A DNA stretch of 64,000 nt from Lingula anatina (taxonomy: Eukaryota; Animalia; Brachiopoda). The stretch is taken from NCBI GenBank assembly GCA_051362555.1, contig CM120643.1, forward strand, positions 22,386,848 through 22,450,847, written 5' to 3'. The first letter of the stretch is position 1. Every line of letters starts with the position of its first letter. Positions 60,801 through 64,000 of the stretch are shown here, piece after piece. The position numbers were made by a program, and so were the translations under genes. Under the pieces are notes generated by a model. That model was not told the origin of the DNA. It saw only the letters and a list, made by a program, of their open reading frames with translations, and searched no databases.

Positions 60801-63725
60801 ACTTCCACAGTGAGCTCAGTATCTACTCCTGCAATGTGTGTAACAAGGTTTTCAAGACCATCTCCCACATGAGAAACCATGTCCTGATCCACACTGATAT
60901 CAAGCCTTACAAATGCCTCAAGTGTGACTTTGCTGCTAATGCTAAAGGTTAGACATTATTGCCACTTGTGCTTGACAATATTGAAATTCGGTAAAATGGG
61001 TTTAGATTTCTTTTGATTTCTTCAGTGATTCTTTGGCAAATCTTGCTTTCTCTTTCTATGCCTAGAATGAAATTCAGGCAGAAGACATGACTCAATTTTT
61101 ATATTAGTATCAGAAATGTATTTTTGTCAGTGAAATCACGTAATTTACTTTTTAAATTCCACACCCCTTTTTCCTGCTGATGAAGTTTTTGGTCCGACAA
61201 TATATATTCAGAACTTTTTTTAACCCCAAACTTATGTCTAAAACACTGATTTTGATGTTTTTTCATCCAGGTAACTTGTACACCCACATGAGAAAACACA
61301 CAGAGCAGTATTACCGGTGTCTCTACTGCGACTTCAAGACTGTCAACAAAACCCATCTGGTGGAACACGAGGGGATTCACACCAGTTTTAAAAACAGGTG
61401 TGAGCTCTGTCGTAGGAGCTACAACACCAACAAGTCTCTGCTCAACCATGTTAGGAAGTACCATAACCGTACAAAGAATGGAAAAGAATACCTTCGGCAG
61501 ATAAGTGGGCAGCACCACACTAAGGATAATGCTGTTTTGTACATGTGTCATGTATGTAATCGCAAATTTAAAAAGAAGGTAGATCGAGACCGTCATTTGT
61601 TTGTCCATGACATCAAGAACAACCCCAATGTGTATGCCTGCTTTTTGTGCGACCACACTTCCAGTCGTAGGGTTTACTTCGAGAAGCATGTCAACAAGCA
61701 TCGTGTTGTCTTCCGCTGCTTTTACTGCCTGAATATGTTTTCAAGTACCATCCGCCTGCAAGAACATGTAGTCCAAGAACACCCCGAAGAAAGTGCAACG
61801 TTCATGTGGGACGTGATATTCCCACAGTGCATCAATGTTTCCCTGTACCTACCAGATGCCGATGAACTTGAACTCCTTACACTGGGTCCTCTCATGGAAA
61901 CCCTGGATGTTGAATCTGCTGCTGAGGCTGTTTTGGGAGCTGGGACAAGTACAGATATTGCAGCTAATGCAACCACTGGGGAAGAGCTCTTGGATTCCAT
62001 AGAAAAAATTGAAGCAGAGGCAGGTGCTAAACACGAGGATGAAGCTAAAGGCAAGTTATCTGAGCAGAAGGGAAAAGACGAAGGAAATGGTTTGGAAGAT
62101 GAAGGTCAGGAAGGTGAAGGTCAAGGGGGTGAAGGTCAGGTAGCACATGGCCAAGAAACCCAGGCCCAGTCTCCTCAGAAGGAGGGCAGAATTGAAGAAG
62201 GTCAAGATGATGATGAAGCTGAGAAAACTAGTGCCCAATCTAGAAGCAGGAAGGAAGTAGAGAGTGTCCTGAAAAAGCTGAAGTATCGTGTTATGAATGT
62301 AGATGTCTTCAACAAGATTCGTCAGATGTATGGAAATGATGAGTGTGAATTTTGTGGCAAACTTTTCCACACCAAGAATGAATATGAATCTCACGTTAGG
62401 ACACACACAGGTATGTCACTTAGGTTATTTGCTTTAGGAACTATTAGTTGCTTGTCTTAAAATGTTCTATATACTGTCTATGTACTTTGATAAAAAGAAA
62501 AGAAATTATGCTTCAGCTACAAAAAAAAAAGTCAGCATTTAAACCAAGGGATTAAAAAAAGTACTACCCAGAGCTGTGAAATTCAAGAAAATTCCACTTC
62601 CACATCATCAATTTCTTGACCAAGGTGATAAATTTATTTCCCTTTGACAAATGGAATATTAATGTGTTATTTATAGGTAGCAGACTTCTGTGAATATCTG
62701 TTTTTGGTAAGCAAGTGATTAGTGTACATTATTACTATAATTATTATTAATATTATTATTATTATTATTCACAGGTGAGAAGCCATTCCAGTGCGACCAC
62801 CCTGAGTGTGAGTATAAAGCAGGTACAAAGGACAACCTGCGGCGTCACGTGGAAAAGGAACACGAGAACATGACTTATCAATGTCCGGAATGTGACTATG
62901 AGGGAGTAAATCGCACACAGCTGTGGAACCACATGCAGAAGCATAAGAGCCGGCCCTTAGAGTGCCCTGAATGTCAGGAAGTGTTTAATGGGTGGGTACA
63001 AATTGTGGAAGGGGGGGGGAGGGGCAACAAGCTGAAGTGGAAGAGCATTTTACAAAAGTACTTCAGCCCAAAAATTGGTCTAAACTTTTAGAGTTTTCGT
63101 CCATTTGGGCTCAAGGTTGATAAGAAGTAGTCCAATCAAAGGAATTATGTGCTTGTTGTAAAGCAAGAAATTGTATATTGCTCATGTTTCAGATCAATAT
63201 TATTACTAATATTTCTTGATTGGGCTTCTATGAATTTTTGGTCTAAAAATTCCAATTTTAGAGCTAAAGTGTTTTTGTGAAACTGACCTCTTCTCCTGAA
63301 GCATTTTTTTTTTTTTTTTTTTTTTTTTGAGGGAGTGTTGAATGAGTGAGCATAGAGTACATACAATGACATGCATGCTTAATGCAACTGCAACTGATTT
63401 TGGGGGGTGGGGGGAGGGGTAAGGTTTCTTGTTTTTGGGGAGCTTTTTAGTTAGGTCTTAGGAATGTCCTTGAGATCAAAGCATGTTCAGTAATATTTGT
63501 AAACCGTAGTGTTAAGATCACAAGATTAAGTGTAGATACAAAGTGTTAATATGTCTTTTTGTATGTTTGTAAAAGAAAAAAATTATAATGTTTGGTTATA
63601 TTAATTGTTTGTCATTCACAGTAAGAAACGTTTGAAGAGCCACTTGCGAATCAAGCACCCTGCCTACACTGCAGAGGATATCAGGAAAGCCTGTACCAAT
63701 GTTATGAAGAGGCACAATAAATTAG
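57821..63725 (+). CDS. ZFAT: Zinc finger and AT-hook domain protein ZFAT (C2H2), 3' incomplete
   Basis: Exons 57821-57935, 58448-58588, 58867-58938, 59168-59290, 59560-59821, 60104-60453, 60777-60947, 61271-62410, 62775-62991, 63622-63725. AT-hook GRGRPRK. Fingers with ZFAT-type sequence: CHVCNRKFKKKVDRDRHLFVH, FSSTIRLQEH, KIRQMYGNDECEFCGKLF...HVRTHT. Confidence 0.88.
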
Positions 63726-63894
63726 GTGAGGTTTGATGAGTTAGGGTACAGTTTTGAGACATAATATTGCATTCAAGTTTTCAGACATGTTGAGCTTTAA
63801 ATGTGTTTTGAAAGAAAAGAACAGCAGATTTTTAATAATTCATGTTATTTTTATGTCTTGGTGTCTCCAGGCAGCAAATCTATGCATAACTTTA

Positions 63895-63997
<103 letters not shown>

Positions 63998-64000
63998 GCA

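Noticed and set aside
61099-62406. Minus-strand ORFs of 110-200 aa
   Set aside because: Antisense shadows of the large ZFAT exon.

Overview
This is AT-rich, intron-containing animal genomic DNA. The repeat types suggest a mollusc or related invertebrate, which is inference only. I reconstructed exons by hand from GT-AG sites and reading phase. Genes in order: the 3' end of ENTR1/SDCCAG3 (+); NEURL2 (-) head-to-head with nucleoporin SEH1L (+); cyclophilin PPIL3 (-), whose first intron holds a complete intronless MKKS/BBS6 chaperonin-like ORF; an unrecognised gene of about 675 aa (-) with a degenerate kinase-like domain followed by 8 tandemly duplicated phase-1 exons; a glyoxylate/2-ketogluconate-reductase-like D-2-hydroxyacid dehydrogenase (-) head-to-head with ZFAT (+, runs off the window). 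Repeats include four copies of a Helentron/HINE-type element carrying 159-bp and ~338-bp internal arrays, a decayed Kolobok-like element in a SEH1L intron, and several MITEs. The most striking signal is the MKKS ORF. It lacks a usable start codon, is bounded by a strong acceptor and a strong donor, and is in frame with the ATG-only first coding exon of PPIL3. It looks like a whole-protein cassette exon, so one start codon could yield either a cyclophilin or a BBS chaperonin.
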